DNA from: Candidatus Dormiibacterota bacterium
Lineage (GTDB): Bacteria > Chloroflexota > Dormibacteria > Dormibacterales > Dormibacteraceae
Length of the DNA: 64,000 nt
Direction of reading: 5' to 3'
Assembly: GCA_036378435.1 (NCBI GenBank)
Contig: DASUWK010000070.1
Span: 2,340 to 66,339 of the forward strand
Shown in pieces: positions 42,166 to 53,725 of this stretch. Below the pieces are notes generated by a model that saw nothing but the letters and a program-made list of their open reading frames with translations, did not search any database and had not been told where the DNA came from. The translations under genes and the position numbers were made by a program. Position 1 is the stretch's first letter, and each line of letters begins with the position of its first letter.

Positions 42166-44277
42166 GTGCTCGAAGACCGCGTGATCTTGAAGGAGAACCG
42201 GGCGTTCGTGGTCTCCGAGCTCGACGGCGACATTCCGCACGACGACGAGAGCGGGATGGGTCTTTTCCGATCCGACACCCGCTTTCTGTCGGGCTACCAG
42301 ATGCGGATCAACGGTAAGGCGCCGGTGCTGCTCAACCGGAGCATCGACCGCGCCTACGTCGCGACCTTCCAACTCGCCAACCCGCGGCTTGAGAGCACGG
42401 CGGGCGCGGTGGTCCCCGCCCAGACGCTCAGCATCCGCCGAACGCGCTTCATGCACCGCGGGCTGCACGAGCGGATCGGCATCCAGAACTGCGGCCGCCG
42501 CACGGTCGACCTCGAGCTCGAGCTCACCTTCGGCGCCGACTTCGACGACATCTTCCAGGTCCGCGGCTACAAGCGCCTGCCGATGCTGGGCCGGCGGCTG
42601 GAGCCGCAGCCGACCGAGACCGGGTTCACCTTCGGGTACGAGGGCCTGGACGGCATCCGCCGCGAGACGGAGATCGTCTTCTACCCCGTCCCCCGGGTCC
42701 ACGGTGCCCGCGCGTCGCTCCAGCTGCGCCTGACGCCTCAGCAGACCTTCGTGCTCCTGGTCGACGTCCTGCCCTTGATCGGCGACGACGAGCCAGACCC
42801 GCAGTTCGACTTCGACGGCGCGCTGCGCTCGCTCGAGGAGAAGTACGGCGACTGGAACGAGCAGTGCGCCGGCTGGGAGACGGACAACGAGGCGCTCAAC
42901 GGCGGGCTGATCTGGCGCAGCCAGGAGGACCTGCGGATCCTCAGCGACGACCTGCCGACCGGGATCTTCCCGACCGCGGGCCTGCCCTGGTACGCCTGTC
43001 CCTTCGGGCGCGACGCCCTGATCACGTCGCTCCAGACCCTCGGCCTGAACCTGGAGATGGCGCGCGGCACGCTGCGCTACTTGGCCGAGCACCAGGGCCG
43101 TCGCGTCGATCCTTACCGCGCCGAAGAGCCGGGCAAGATCCTGCACGAGCAGCGCTTCGGCGAGCTGGCCAACCTGCGCCAGATCCCGCACACCCCCTAC
43201 TACGGGACCGTCGACGCGACGCCGCTCTTCCTCGTTCTGCTGGTGGAGCTGGTCAAGTGGACGGGCGACACCGAGCTCTTCAGCGAGCTGCTCCCGCACA
43301 CCATGGCGGCCTTGGAGTGGATCGACCGCTACGGCGACGTCGATGGCGACGGCTTCGTCGAGTACCACGTCGAATCGGTCGGCGGACTGCGCAACCAGGG
43401 CTGGAAGGACTCCTATGACTCCCTCCAGCACGAGGACGGCCGGCCCGCGCCGCTGCCGGCGGCCCTGATCGAGGTCCAGGGCTACATCTACGATGCCAAG
43501 CTCGGGCTGGCCAAGGTCCTCCGGCACCTGCGCCGCGACGACTTCGCGGACCGCCTGGAGGCTGAGGCCCTGGAGCTGCGGCGCAAGATCAACCGGCAGT
43601 TCTGGATGGCCGACCAGAAGTTCTATGCCCAGGCCTTGGATCGCGACAAGCGGCAGGTCCGCTCGATCAGCAGCAACGCCGGGCACGCGCTCTGGTCACG
43701 CGTGCCGGACGCGCGCCGAGCGACCCACCTCGCCCGCCGGCTCGTGGCCGGCGATCTCTTCAGCGGCTGGGGGATCCGCACGCTGTCGAGCCATTCGCCC
43801 GGCTACAACCCGATGAGCTATCACAACGGGTCGATCTGGCCGCACGACAACTCGATCCTCGCCGAAGGCCTACGCCGCGGCGGTTTTCGCGACGAGGCGG
43901 AGCTCGTGGCGCGGTCGGTGCTCGAGGCGAGCATGCGCTTCGGCGACGCGCGCATACCGGAGCTCTTCTGCGGGTTCCAGCGCGACCGGAGGTTCGCCTC
44001 CCCGCCCGGCGAGTACCTGGTCAGCTGCAGCCCGCAAGCCTGGGCCGCGGGGGCCCTGTTTCATCTCCTGCGCGTGCTCGCGGGCATCGAGCCCGACTCG
44101 CTGGCGGGCGTGCTCCGCGTCGATCCGCTGCCCACGCCGCTCTACTCGCGCCTTCGCATCGAGGGTGTGCGCGTGGGCGACGACGATGTGGACATCACGA
44201 TCGAGTCGGCGGACAGCTCGCCTCGGGTCAAGGTCGATCGGAGGCCGCGGGGCATGCGGCTGGAGCTGCCGGCCTGA
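42166..44277 (+). CDS. Amylo-alpha-1,6-glucosidase / glycogen-debranching-enzyme-like (GDE_N_bact + GDE_C) protein
   Basis: 703 aa. FVVSELDGDI...G.F..DTRFLS N-domain. (alpha/alpha)6-barrel region with PWYACPFGRDALIT, GKILHE, YYGTVDATPLF, GWKDS, SYHNGSIWPHDN. Confidence 0.8.
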   Translation: MLEDRVILKENRAFVVSELDGDIPHDDESGMGLFRSDTRFLSGYQMRINGKAPVLLNRSIDRAYVATFQLANPRLESTAGAVVPAQTLSIRRTRFMHRGLHERIGIQNCGRRTVDLELELTFGADFDDIFQVRGYKRLPMLGRRLEPQPTETGFTFGYEGLDGIRRETEIVFYPVPRVHGARASLQLRLTPQQTFVLLVDVLPLIGDDEPDPQFDFDGALRSLEEKYGDWNEQCAGWETDNEALNGGLIWRSQEDLRILSDDLPTGIFPTAGLPWYACPFGRDALITSLQTLGLNLEMARGTLRYLAEHQGRRVDPYRAEEPGKILHEQRFGELANLRQIPHTPYYGTVDATPLFLVLLVELVKWTGDTELFSELLPHTMAALEWIDRYGDVDGDGFVEYHVESVGGLRNQGWKDSYDSLQHEDGRPAPLPAALIEVQGYIYDAKLGLAKVLRHLRRDDFADRLEAEALELRRKINRQFWMADQKFYAQALDRDKRQVRSISSNAGHALWSRVPDARRATHLARRLVAGDLFSGWGIRTLSSHSPGYNPMSYHNGSIWPHDNSILAEGLRRGGFRDEAELVARSVLEASMRFGDARIPELFCGFQRDRRFASPPGEYLVSCSPQAWAAGALFHLLRVLAGIEPDSLAGVLRVDPLPTPLYSRLRIEGVRVGDDDVDITIESADSSPRVKVDRRPRGMRLELPA

Positions 44278-44302
44278 AGCTTCAGCCAGCCGGAGCCCTG
44301 GG

Positions 44303-45490
44303 ATGAAGGTCGCCCTGGTGCACTACTCGGCGCCTCCGGTCATCGGCGGGGTCGAGAGCGTGATGGCCGCGCACGCGCGGCTCCTGCGCGGGGCCGGCCA
44401 CGACGTCGTCGTGGTCGCGGGGCGGGGCGATGCCGAGCTCGTGCCGGAGCTCGACTCGCGTCATCCGGAAGTCGAAGCACTCGCCGCGGAGCTGGCCGCC
44501 GGCCGCGCCGGGCCGGATTTCGAGCGCCTGCGCGAGGTACTGACGGCGAAGCTTCAGCCGCTGACGGCGGACCGCGAAGTCGTCGTCGCGCACAACGTCC
44601 TGACCATGCCGTTCAACCTCCCGGCCGCGGCAGCTCTCACCAGCCTCGGCCGGCCGCTGGTGGCGTGGACCCACGACCTGGCCTGGATCAACCCCCAGTA
44701 CGAGGCCTACCGGCGCGAAGGCGAGCCCTGGTCGCTCCTGCGCACACCACAGCCGGGGACCGCTTACGTCACCGTCTCTGAGACTCGCGCCGAGGAGCTC
44801 GCCGGCGTCATGGGCATTAGGGCCACGAGCGTCCCCAACGGGGTCGACGCCGCCGACCTCGCCGGCCTCGACGAAAGCACGCGCGAGCTGGTGGAAAAGC
44901 TCGGCCTGCTGCGCGCCGAGCCGCTTCTGCTGTGCCCGCAGCGGATCACGCCTCGCAAGCGCATCGAGCTGGCGATCGAGGCGGCCGCCGTCATCGGATC
45001 GAAAGAACCGAATTTGAAGCTGGTCGTCTCCGGGCCGCTCGGACCACACTCGACCGCGAACGCGAGTTACGCGGAGGGCTTGCGTAATCTGGCGGCGCAC
45101 CTACGATGTCAAGACAAAGTGATATTCATGCACCAACTTCAGAGTGAACTCGGAGTTCACCCTGTGAGCGACGAGCAGATCGGCGGCCTTTTCCGGCTGG
45201 CCGACGCCGTCGTGCTCCCGAGCAGCTCTGAGGGATTCGGCCTGCCGGTGCTCGAAGCCGGCCTGGCGGGGACGCCGCTCGTCTGCGCCGACCTGCCGGT
45301 GCTCCGCGAGGTCAGCGGCGGTGACGCCTGGTTCTACGCCGCCGACGCCGGCTCGGAGGCGCTGGCCGGGGTGATCGAGGACGCGCTCCAGAGTCGAGGC
45401 GGCCGGCTCCGCCGGCGCGCGCGGCGCCACGACTGGACCCGCCTGCTGCCGCAGATCGAGAGTGTCCTGGAGGAAGCCGCGAGTGCCTGA
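44303..45490 (+). CDS. GT4-family (GT-B) glycosyltransferase
   Basis: ATG 44303 (MKVALVHYSAPPVIGGVESV). C-terminal motif VLPSSSEGFGLPVLEAGLAGTPLV, of the E-x7-E type. Confidence 0.8.
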   Translation: MKVALVHYSAPPVIGGVESVMAAHARLLRGAGHDVVVVAGRGDAELVPELDSRHPEVEALAAELAAGRAGPDFERLREVLTAKLQPLTADREVVVAHNVLTMPFNLPAAAALTSLGRPLVAWTHDLAWINPQYEAYRREGEPWSLLRTPQPGTAYVTVSETRAEELAGVMGIRATSVPNGVDAADLAGLDESTRELVEKLGLLRAEPLLLCPQRITPRKRIELAIEAAAVIGSKEPNLKLVVSGPLGPHSTANASYAEGLRNLAAHLRCQDKVIFMHQLQSELGVHPVSDEQIGGLFRLADAVVLPSSSEGFGLPVLEAGLAGTPLVCADLPVLREVSGGDAWFYAADAGSEALAGVIEDALQSRGGRLRRRARRHDWTRLLPQIESVLEEAASA

Positions 45491-47408
45491 CCAGAAGGGC
45501 CGGCCGCACCTTTTGATCCCGGTCCTGCGCGCCCAGGCCGCGCCGCGCCTGCTCCAGGTCGCCGAGGCGATCGTGCGGCGCGAGGGCGGCGCCGGCCACG
45601 TGCTCGGCGTCGTCGAGGTGCCGTTCGGCCGGCCGATCGCGGGCGGCGTCACCGTCGCGCGCCGTTATCGCGCTCTGCTGCAGCGCATCACGGCGCTCGA
45701 GCGCCGCGAGCGGGCCGGGCTCGGCGTCCAGGTGCGAGTTGCGCACAGCGTTCCCCAGGCCGTGCGCGAGGCGGCCTACGAGAACGCGACGGACATGATC
45801 CTGCTCGAGTGGGCCGGCCCCTCGGGCGTGCGCGGCCAGGCGACCTCCGCCGTCATGGAGGACCTGTCGGCCGATCCGCCTGCCGACCTGCTGCTGGTGA
45901 AGCCGGGGCCGCACGCGGACAAGCCTGTCAAGAGCGTGCTCGCGCCGGTGCGTGGCGGCCCTTCCGCCGCCCTGGCGCTGCGCGCCGCGGCCGCCATCGC
46001 GGACTCCGCGGGAGCTCGTCTAACCGTGATGCACGTTCACGAGCCGCGTTCGACGCCAGAGCGCCACCAGCGCTCGTCGCTTCATTTTCACGAGCTCGTG
46101 GAGAAGCACTGCGACTGTCCGGATGCCCAAGTGCTGGAGTTCGCTTCCGAGCACCCGGGCCAAGCGATCCTCGACGAGGCCCGGCACCACGACGTGGTCG
46201 TCCTGGGCGCCTACGCGGAGCTCTTCCGCTCGCCCGTCCTGGTCGGCTCGCGCTTCGCCGCGACGGTCGCCGAGCTCCCCGGCACTCTCGTCCTGGCGAA
46301 GAGCGCGCGCGCCGCGGCGCCGAGCCAGCCGGCGGGTGAGCCGAGCCCATTCCCTCTGATCCGCTCTGCCGAGAGCGATCTCTCGACGATGGTCGACCGC
46401 TGGTTCGCCGAGAACACGTACCACTCGCGCGAGTTCCGCGACGTGGCCCGCCTCGTCGAGCTCAAGCGCGAGCAGGGTCTCAAGATCAGCCTCGGGCTAC
46501 CGACGCTGAACGAGGCCCCGACGATCGGCAAGATCCTGCGGATCGCGCAGGACGAGCTCCAGCGCGATCACCCCCTACTCGACGAGATCGTGGTGATCGA
46601 CTCAGGGTCGAGCGACCAGACCGTGGCCATCGCCAAGGGCATGGGCGTGCCCGTCTACGACCACCGCGAGCTGGTTCCGGAGCTGGGCTCGTTCGCGGGC
46701 AAGGGCGAAGCGCTCTGGAAGAGCCTTTACGTGCTCGACGGGGACATCGTCGTCTGGTGCGACACCGACGTCTCCAACTTCCATCCGCAGTTCGTCTACG
46801 GCGTGCTGGGCCCCCTGCTGACCGACCAGCGAATCGGGTACGTCAAGGGCTTCTATCGCCGGCCCCTCAACTTCCCGGGGCAGGAGCACACCGCCGGCGG
46901 CGGCCGGGTGACCGAGCTGGCCGCGCGGCCGCTGATCAACCTCTTCTACCCCGACCTCTCGGGTCTCCTGCAGCCGCTGTCAGGCGAGTACGCGGGCCGG
47001 CGGGAGCTGCTCGAGCGCCTGCCGTTCTTCACGGGCTACGGCGTGGAGATGGGCCACTTGATCGACATCCTCGAGAACTTCGGGCTCAACCGGATCGCCC
47101 AGGTCGACCTCGGGATTCGCATCCATCGCAACCAGGAGCTCTTCGACCTCTCGAAGATGGCCTTCGCCATCATGCAGGTGGCGCTGAAGCGCCTCGGCGA
47201 CCGCCACCGGATGCACCTCCTGGAGGAGGTGAACCGCTCGATGAAGCTGATCCACTACACGAACGACCGCTTCTTCCTCGAGGTCAAGGAGATCGTCGAC
47301 TGGGAGCGGCCGCCGATGACGATGGTCCCGGAGTACCTCTTGCGGCGCCACTCCGCCGACCGCTCGCTCGCCCCCTCCCCGCTGACCGGAGAGATCCCGG
47401 CGGTCTAG
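45483..47408 (+). CDS. Fusion: tandem universal-stress-protein-like N-region plus glucosyl-3-phosphoglycerate synthase (GT81, GpgS)
   Basis: The start is GTG 45483 or GTG 45462. The first ~300 aa look like two USP/AANH-like halves. The C-terminal ~330 aa carry GpgS hallmarks: LGLPTLNEAPTIG, IDSGSSD, GKGEALWKS, CDTDV, RVTEL.ARPL.N, SGEYAGRRE. Confidence 0.78.
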   Translation: MPDQKGRPHLLIPVLRAQAAPRLLQVAEAIVRREGGAGHVLGVVEVPFGRPIAGGVTVARRYRALLQRITALERRERAGLGVQVRVAHSVPQAVREAAYENATDMILLEWAGPSGVRGQATSAVMEDLSADPPADLLLVKPGPHADKPVKSVLAPVRGGPSAALALRAAAAIADSAGARLTVMHVHEPRSTPERHQRSSLHFHELVEKHCDCPDAQVLEFASEHPGQAILDEARHHDVVVLGAYAELFRSPVLVGSRFAATVAELPGTLVLAKSARAAAPSQPAGEPSPFPLIRSAESDLSTMVDRWFAENTYHSREFRDVARLVELKREQGLKISLGLPTLNEAPTIGKILRIAQDELQRDHPLLDEIVVIDSGSSDQTVAIAKGMGVPVYDHRELVPELGSFAGKGEALWKSLYVLDGDIVVWCDTDVSNFHPQFVYGVLGPLLTDQRIGYVKGFYRRPLNFPGQEHTAGGGRVTELAARPLINLFYPDLSGLLQPLSGEYAGRRELLERLPFFTGYGVEMGHLIDILENFGLNRIAQVDLGIRIHRNQELFDLSKMAFAIMQVALKRLGDRHRMHLLEEVNRSMKLIHYTNDRFFLEVKEIVDWERPPMTMVPEYLLRRHSADRSLAPSPLTGEIPAV

Positions 47409-47818
47409 CCAACCTCCAGGTCTTCGCCGCGCATCGGCCCGCCGTCGCGTTCCGCGACGAAGGCGTTCTGGTCGACAGCCTTGCCCTGGTGCACGGCGAC
47501 GATGAGATAGACGGGCCCCGCCCAAGAGCGCTGCGCGTCGGTGGCGGACGCCTGCGCCGGGTGGTCGGGATGGCTGTGGTAGTAGCCGACGATCTCGAAG
47601 CCTGCGGCGTCGGCCTCGCGCTCGATGCGGATCAGGTCGCGGGGGTCGATCTCGTAGCGGTCGTGGGCGCGGTCGACGACCGTGTTCTTGGCGCGCCTGG
47701 TCTCCGTCACCCGGCCCCGCGATCCACGCGGCCCCAGCATCACCCCGCAGATCTCGTACGGGTAGCCCTCCTCCCCATGCTCCTGGATGGCGACCAGGGC
47801 GGCGCGCGTGATCTTCAC
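47405..47818 (-). CDS. JAMM/MPN+ metalloprotease (Mec+-like)
   Basis: GTG 47818 overlaps the cysM stop (GTGA). Motifs: E..GYPYEICGVMLG and the JAMM motif HSHPDHPAQASATD. Confidence 0.85.
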   Translation of the reverse strand: MKITRAALVAIQEHGEEGYPYEICGVMLGPRGSRGRVTETRRAKNTVVDRAHDRYEIDPRDLIRIEREADAAGFEIVGYYHSHPDHPAQASATDAQRSWAGPVYLIVAVHQGKAVDQNAFVAERDGGPMRGEDLEVG

Positions 47819-48756
47819 TTCTGGACCGCGGCGCCTCTGAGCTTGTAGAGACCCGTGGACAGGTACCGGTCGCCGCTGTCGGGGAAGATCGTGACCACGA
47901 TCGCGTCCGGGACCTGCTCGAGCAGTCTGCGCACCCCCCAGAGGGCCGCTCCCGAGGAATGGCCGACCAGCAGGCCCTCCGTCCGGGCGACAGTCCGCGC
48001 CAGGTCGTAGGCGGGCTCGGTTGGGCAGCCCCACACCTCGTCGGGGACGGTCTCGTCCCAAATCTGGGGGACGATCGACGTGGGCAGGTGCTTCAGGCCC
48101 TCGAGCCCGTGGAACGCGTCCTCCGGCTCCACCGCGATGCAGCGGATCGACGCATCGTGCTCCTTGAGCCGCCGCGAGGTGCCCACGAACGTGCCCGTCG
48201 TGCCGAGGCCGGCGATGAAGTGCGTCACCCGGCCGTCGGTCTGCTCCAGGATCTCCACCGCGGTGCCCTCGTAGTGGGCGCGCGGGTTGGCCGGGTTGGA
48301 GTACTGGTCCGGGTAGAAGTAGCGGTCGGGCTCCTGCGCGATCAGCTGCCGGCAGAGGAGGATCGCCCCGTCGGAGCCCTCCATCTCGTCCGAGTACACG
48401 ATCTCGGCTCCGTAGGCGGCGACCAGCTGCTTGCGCTCGGCGCTGACGTTCGCCGGCATGACCAGCTTCACCTTGTGTCCGCGCGCCGCCCCCATCAGGG
48501 CGTACGCCACCCCGGTGTTGCCGGACGTCGAGTCGATCACGGTCTTGTCCGCGGTGAGCAGACCACGGCGTTCGCCGTCCACCAGCATCGCCAGCGCGGC
48601 GCGGTCCTTGACCGAGCCGCCCGGGTTGAACCACTCGGCCTTCGCGTACACCTCGGCTCGCGGGAACTCCCGCTCGAAGAGCCGCAGCCGGACCAGGGGC
48701 GTGTTGCCGACCAGCTCCGCGATGTTCTCGACGACGCCGCCGCGCTTGGTCAACAC
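47815..48756 (-). CDS. cysM: Cysteine synthase, CysM/CysK family (PLP-dependent)
   Basis: Start taken at GTG 48756. Motifs: GNTPLVRL, NPGGSVKDRAA (PLP Lys), STSGNTG, GLGTTGT. Confidence 0.85.
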   Translation of the reverse strand: MLTKRGGVVENIAELVGNTPLVRLRLFEREFPRAEVYAKAEWFNPGGSVKDRAALAMLVDGERRGLLTADKTVIDSTSGNTGVAYALMGAARGHKVKLVMPANVSAERKQLVAAYGAEIVYSDEMEGSDGAILLCRQLIAQEPDRYFYPDQYSNPANPRAHYEGTAVEILEQTDGRVTHFIAGLGTTGTFVGTSRRLKEHDASIRCIAVEPEDAFHGLEGLKHLPTSIVPQIWDETVPDEVWGCPTEPAYDLARTVARTEGLLVGHSSGAALWGVRRLLEQVPDAIVVTIFPDSGDRYLSTGLYKLRGAAVQK

Positions 48757-48769
48757 GCGGTCCAGTTTC

Positions 48770-49012
48770 TCAAGAGTGGGCTTTGACCAGGACGACGCCG
48801 ATTGCCGTGAAGACGGCGCCCAGGCCGTAGCCCAGCAGCGACCGCCGGTACAGCGATCCGCCCTCGGGCGCAAGCACGTTCAGGACGCCCTTGCCGATCA
48901 GCAGTCCCGCTCCCAGCACCGCCACCGACGGGTGGCCGGTGAGGAGCCCGTACATCAGCACGGCTGCGAAGAGCGCGATCTCGCCCAGCTGGACGAGTGT
49001 GTAGACGGCCAA
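48770..49012 (-). CDS. Small hypothetical membrane protein (about 3 TM helices)
   Basis: 80 aa. The TTG start comes directly after the upstream stop. Hydrophobic and Gly-rich. It occupies the slot just upstream of cysM. Confidence 0.4.
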   Translation of the reverse strand: MAVYTLVQLGEIALFAAVLMYGLLTGHPSVAVLGAGLLIGKGVLNVLAPEGGSLYRRSLLGYGLGAVFTAIGVVLVKAHS

Positions 49013-50155
49013 TCAGCCCGCCAGCGCCTGGGCGAAGTCGGCTGCGATGTCCTCGGGGTCTTCAATGCCCGTGGAAACACGGACCGTGCCCTCCGTGATT
49101 CCCAGTGAGCGCCGCTCGTCCTCGCTCAGCCCGCGATGCGAGGTGAGCACGGGGTGCGACACCGTGGTCTCGACGCCGCCCAGGCTCGCGGCGAAGCGCA
49201 CCAGGCGCAGCCGGTCGAGCAGGCGCTGCACCTCCTGGCGGCCGCCGTCCAGCTCGAACGCCAGCATGCCGCCACTACCTTCCGGCAGGAGGCGCTGCAC
49301 GCGCTCTCCCGCGGCTCGGTACACAGCGGTCACGCCGGGCAGGCCGGGCAGCGCCGCCGCGAGCGCGTCGGCGTTGGCGTTCTGGCGCCTGATCCTCAGC
49401 GCCAGGGTGCGGAGGCCCCGCAGCGCAAGCCAGGCGTCGAACGGGCCGAGGGTGGTGCCGAGGCGGTTGGAACGCGCCCTGGCTGCGGCCGCGGTCGCCT
49501 CGCCGGCGACGACGACACCGGCGACCAGGTCCGAGTGGCCGCCGAGGTACTTCGTCGCGCTGTGCACCACAGCCGCCGCGCCGTGCTCGAGCGGCCGGCA
49601 CAGGATCGGCGTGGCGAAGGTGTTGTCGACCAGCAGGGCGACCCCGGCTTCGGCCGTCAGCGCCGCCAGCCTGTCGATGTCCGGCACGCGGCACAGCGGA
49701 TTTGTGACCGTCTCGCAGATGAGCAGGCCCGCGCCCGCCAGCGCCGCGCGGAGCGCCCCCTCATCCTCCAGGTCGACGATCCGCGGCGTGTAGCCGAGCG
49801 GACCGAGGTCCTGGCGAAGTAGGCCAAGTGTTGTCCCGTAGACGTCGAGCGGGATCAGCACAGGCGCGGGTTCTGGGCACAGCCCGAGGATGGCGACCAG
49901 GATCGCCGCCATCCCTGAGCTGGTGGCGACGCCGGCCGCGCCGCCCTCAAGAGCCGCCACCGCGGATTCGAACAGCGCGGTGGTCTCGTTCGACGCGCGG
50001 CCGTAGTAGTGCCCCGGAATCTCGCCCGCGGCGACCAGGTCGTAATCCTCGAGGCTCTCGTAGACCTGGACCGCCGCCTGCACGATCGGCGGGCTGAGCG
50101 GGTCGCGCGCCCGCACCGAGCGGCCGGCGTGCACGGCGACCGTGTCCGGCTTCAC
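49013..50155 (-). CDS. Cys/Met-metabolism PLP enzyme (cystathionine gamma-synthase / O-acylhomoserine sulfhydrylase family)
   Basis: 380 aa with a GTG start. HSATKYLGGHSDL carries the PLP lysine. Also NPL..V.DI and ESLGGVE-like SLGGVET. Confidence 0.85.
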   Translation of the reverse strand: MKPDTVAVHAGRSVRARDPLSPPIVQAAVQVYESLEDYDLVAAGEIPGHYYGRASNETTALFESAVAALEGGAAGVATSSGMAAILVAILGLCPEPAPVLIPLDVYGTTLGLLRQDLGPLGYTPRIVDLEDEGALRAALAGAGLLICETVTNPLCRVPDIDRLAALTAEAGVALLVDNTFATPILCRPLEHGAAAVVHSATKYLGGHSDLVAGVVVAGEATAAAARARSNRLGTTLGPFDAWLALRGLRTLALRIRRQNANADALAAALPGLPGVTAVYRAAGERVQRLLPEGSGGMLAFELDGGRQEVQRLLDRLRLVRFAASLGGVETTVSHPVLTSHRGLSEDERRSLGITEGTVRVSTGIEDPEDIAADFAQALAG

Positions 50156-50159
50156 GCCC

Positions 50160-52516
<2,357 letters not shown>

Positions 52517-52628
52517 GAACCGCCGGGCAAGCTAACCGGGCGCACCGGCGCTGCTGGTCGCTGCGTGAAAAAGGTCGTTAAAGGCTGGTCGGCGCCCTGT
52601 CCTCAGTCTTGCGCGGGAGCTTTTGCGC

Positions 52629-53699
52629 CTAGGGTCCCGCGACGGTGAAGCCGTAGTCCAGGAGGTTCTCGGCGTCGCTGAAGAAGTAGTCGGAGTTGAG
52701 AACGATGGCGACCAGGTGGTGGCCGCCGCGTGTTGCGGTAGCGGCGAGGCAGCCGCCAGCGTCGTCGGTGAACCCGGTCTTCAGACCGGTCGCGCCTGCG
52801 TAGACGGAGAGCAGCTTGTTCAAGGTGACCGGTTCATATGCCTTGTGGTCCGGCGTCGCGGCGATGTACTTGTCCTGGGTCCCCGCCACCTGCATCAGCA
52901 GCGGGTAGTGCGTCGACAGGTAGCCGGCGATCATCGCCAGGTCGTACGCGGAAGAGCGCACCCCCGGGTCGTCGAGCCCGGTCGGGTTGGAGAAGGTGGT
53001 GGTCTGCAACCCGAGGCTCCGCACCTTGCGGTTCATCAGGTCGAGAAAGACAGGGCGCGGCACGATCCCCTGCGCCAGCACCTCCGCCGAGTCGTTGCCC
53101 GAGTCGAGGAAAAGACCGTAGAGCAGGTCGTGCACGGACACCCGCTCGCCCGGCACCACTCCCATCGTGTCGGGGATCACGTTCGTCATCGAGGGCGTGA
53201 TCGAGATCACGGTGTCGGGCGAGGCCAGGTCGAGGGCGACCATGGCGGTGACCATCTTCGTCAGGCTGGCCGGCGCGCGCTGCACCAACGGCTGACGCTG
53301 CCAGAGCACCGTCCTCGTGTCCAGGTCCACCAGGATGCCCGCCGTGGCGAGAACGCCGAGGTCAGGGCTTTGGTGGGCGTTGACCCAACGGAAGTCGTAG
53401 GCGGCCCAGGTTGGCGCGGCTTTGGCCGGAGGCGTCTTGACGGCGGCCACGTGGCGGGGCGGCGGGGCGGCCGCGCGCGCCACGTGAGAGAGAGTGAGCA
53501 CCGTCGAGAGGACGGCGAAGAAGATCACCAGGCACGCGAGCAAGCCGAAATCGCGCCGCTTGCGGCCCCTGCCGCGGCGGCGAGCTCTTCCAGCTGCGAA
53601 GACGTCTAGAGGGACTGCGGAAGGCCCGACCAAGTCGTGCCAGCGATTGTAGGGCCCAAACCCGTTGCTCGCAGCGGCACTTTGCCTGCAATCATTCAC
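52629..53699 (-). CDS. D-alanyl-D-alanine carboxypeptidase (peptidase S11), paralog 2 (start uncertain)
   Basis: SxxK (ASLTKMV), SGND (DSGNDSA), KTG (LKTGFT). TM segment FGLLACLVIFFAVLSTVL. The start is GTG 53699 or TTG 53633. The 442-aa listed ORF would overlap the divergent gene at 53726. Confidence 0.8.
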   Translation of the reverse strand: MNDCRQSAAASNGFGPYNRWHDLVGPSAVPLDVFAAGRARRRGRGRKRRDFGLLACLVIFFAVLSTVLTLSHVARAAAPPPRHVAAVKTPPAKAAPTWAAYDFRWVNAHQSPDLGVLATAGILVDLDTRTVLWQRQPLVQRAPASLTKMVTAMVALDLASPDTVISITPSMTNVIPDTMGVVPGERVSVHDLLYGLFLDSGNDSAEVLAQGIVPRPVFLDLMNRKVRSLGLQTTTFSNPTGLDDPGVRSSAYDLAMIAGYLSTHYPLLMQVAGTQDKYIAATPDHKAYEPVTLNKLLSVYAGATGLKTGFTDDAGGCLAATATRGGHHLVAIVLNSDYFFSDAENLLDYGFTVAGP

Positions 53700-53725
53700 G
53701 CGCCACGAGCGACGACCGAGATCCG

